From the NCBI GenBank assembly GCA_015488295.1, contig WFOC01000084.1, forward strand, positions 1 to 56,684: a DNA stretch of 56,684 bases, in the 5' to 3' direction. Shown here piece after piece: positions 56,684 to 56,684 of this stretch; positions within the stretch are counted from its first letter, which is position 1, and each line of letters begins with the position of its first letter. The position numbers were made by a program, and so were the translations under genes. Under the pieces are notes generated by a model. That model searched no databases. It was given only the letters and a program-made list of their open reading frames with translations, and had not been told where the DNA came from. This DNA is from Gammaproteobacteria bacterium (GTDB taxonomy: Bacteria; Pseudomonadota; Gammaproteobacteria; SZUA-229).

Positions 56684-56684
56684 C

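Overview
The window looks like a chromosomal segment from a gammaproteobacterial-type, facultatively anaerobic chemolithoautotroph. The taxon is an inference from gene content and from E. coli-like UbiU/UbiV N-termini. About 60 coding regions are packed tightly. No rRNA, tRNA or CRISPR array was seen.

Contents, left to right:
1. A cNOR nitric-oxide reductase locus with an unusual layout: norC-norB | norE-norF-like-norQ-norE'-norF'-like-zinc-ribbon ORF-norD.
2. A frameshifted HD-GYP gene and a Crp/Fnr (DNR/NnrR-type) regulator.
3. An orphan trpB, an OMP and a membrane-anchored hemerythrin operon.
4. A haem d1 biosynthesis cluster, nirE-C-F-D-L-(GH fused)-J, with no nirS or nirN in the window.
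5. A haem-copper island. It holds DUF420, a cytochrome b-ferredoxin-MvhD fusion with a partner ORF, SCO1, ctaB, a B-family-like oxidase (subunits I and II plus an untracked 53-aa ORF) lacking the cross-link Tyr, a hemerythrin, ctaA, a second SCO1 and an orphan compact HCO-like protein.
6. A GGDEF protein, a B12-radical-SAM protein, PPK2 and adk.
7. cbbR with form IA RuBisCO cbbL-cbbS-orf103-cbbQ-cbbO-orf120, and a class II aldolase fused to a Dabb domain.
8. nnrS, pdxST, ubiT, a YceI-like protein, sixA, a TauD-like oxygenase, ubiV-ubiU-yhcC, and an IS481-family element at the right edge that interrupts an ORF.

The main points for follow-up are nine TTGAY-N4-RTCAA-type boxes placed in front of operons, three HCO-superfamily enzymes in one window (two atypical), the cytochrome b/FeS/MvhD fusion, the duplicated norE/norF-like modules, small uncharacterised cbb-associated ORFs, and a shared intergenic repeat family. 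All functional calls rest on motif recognition by eye; no database search was run.
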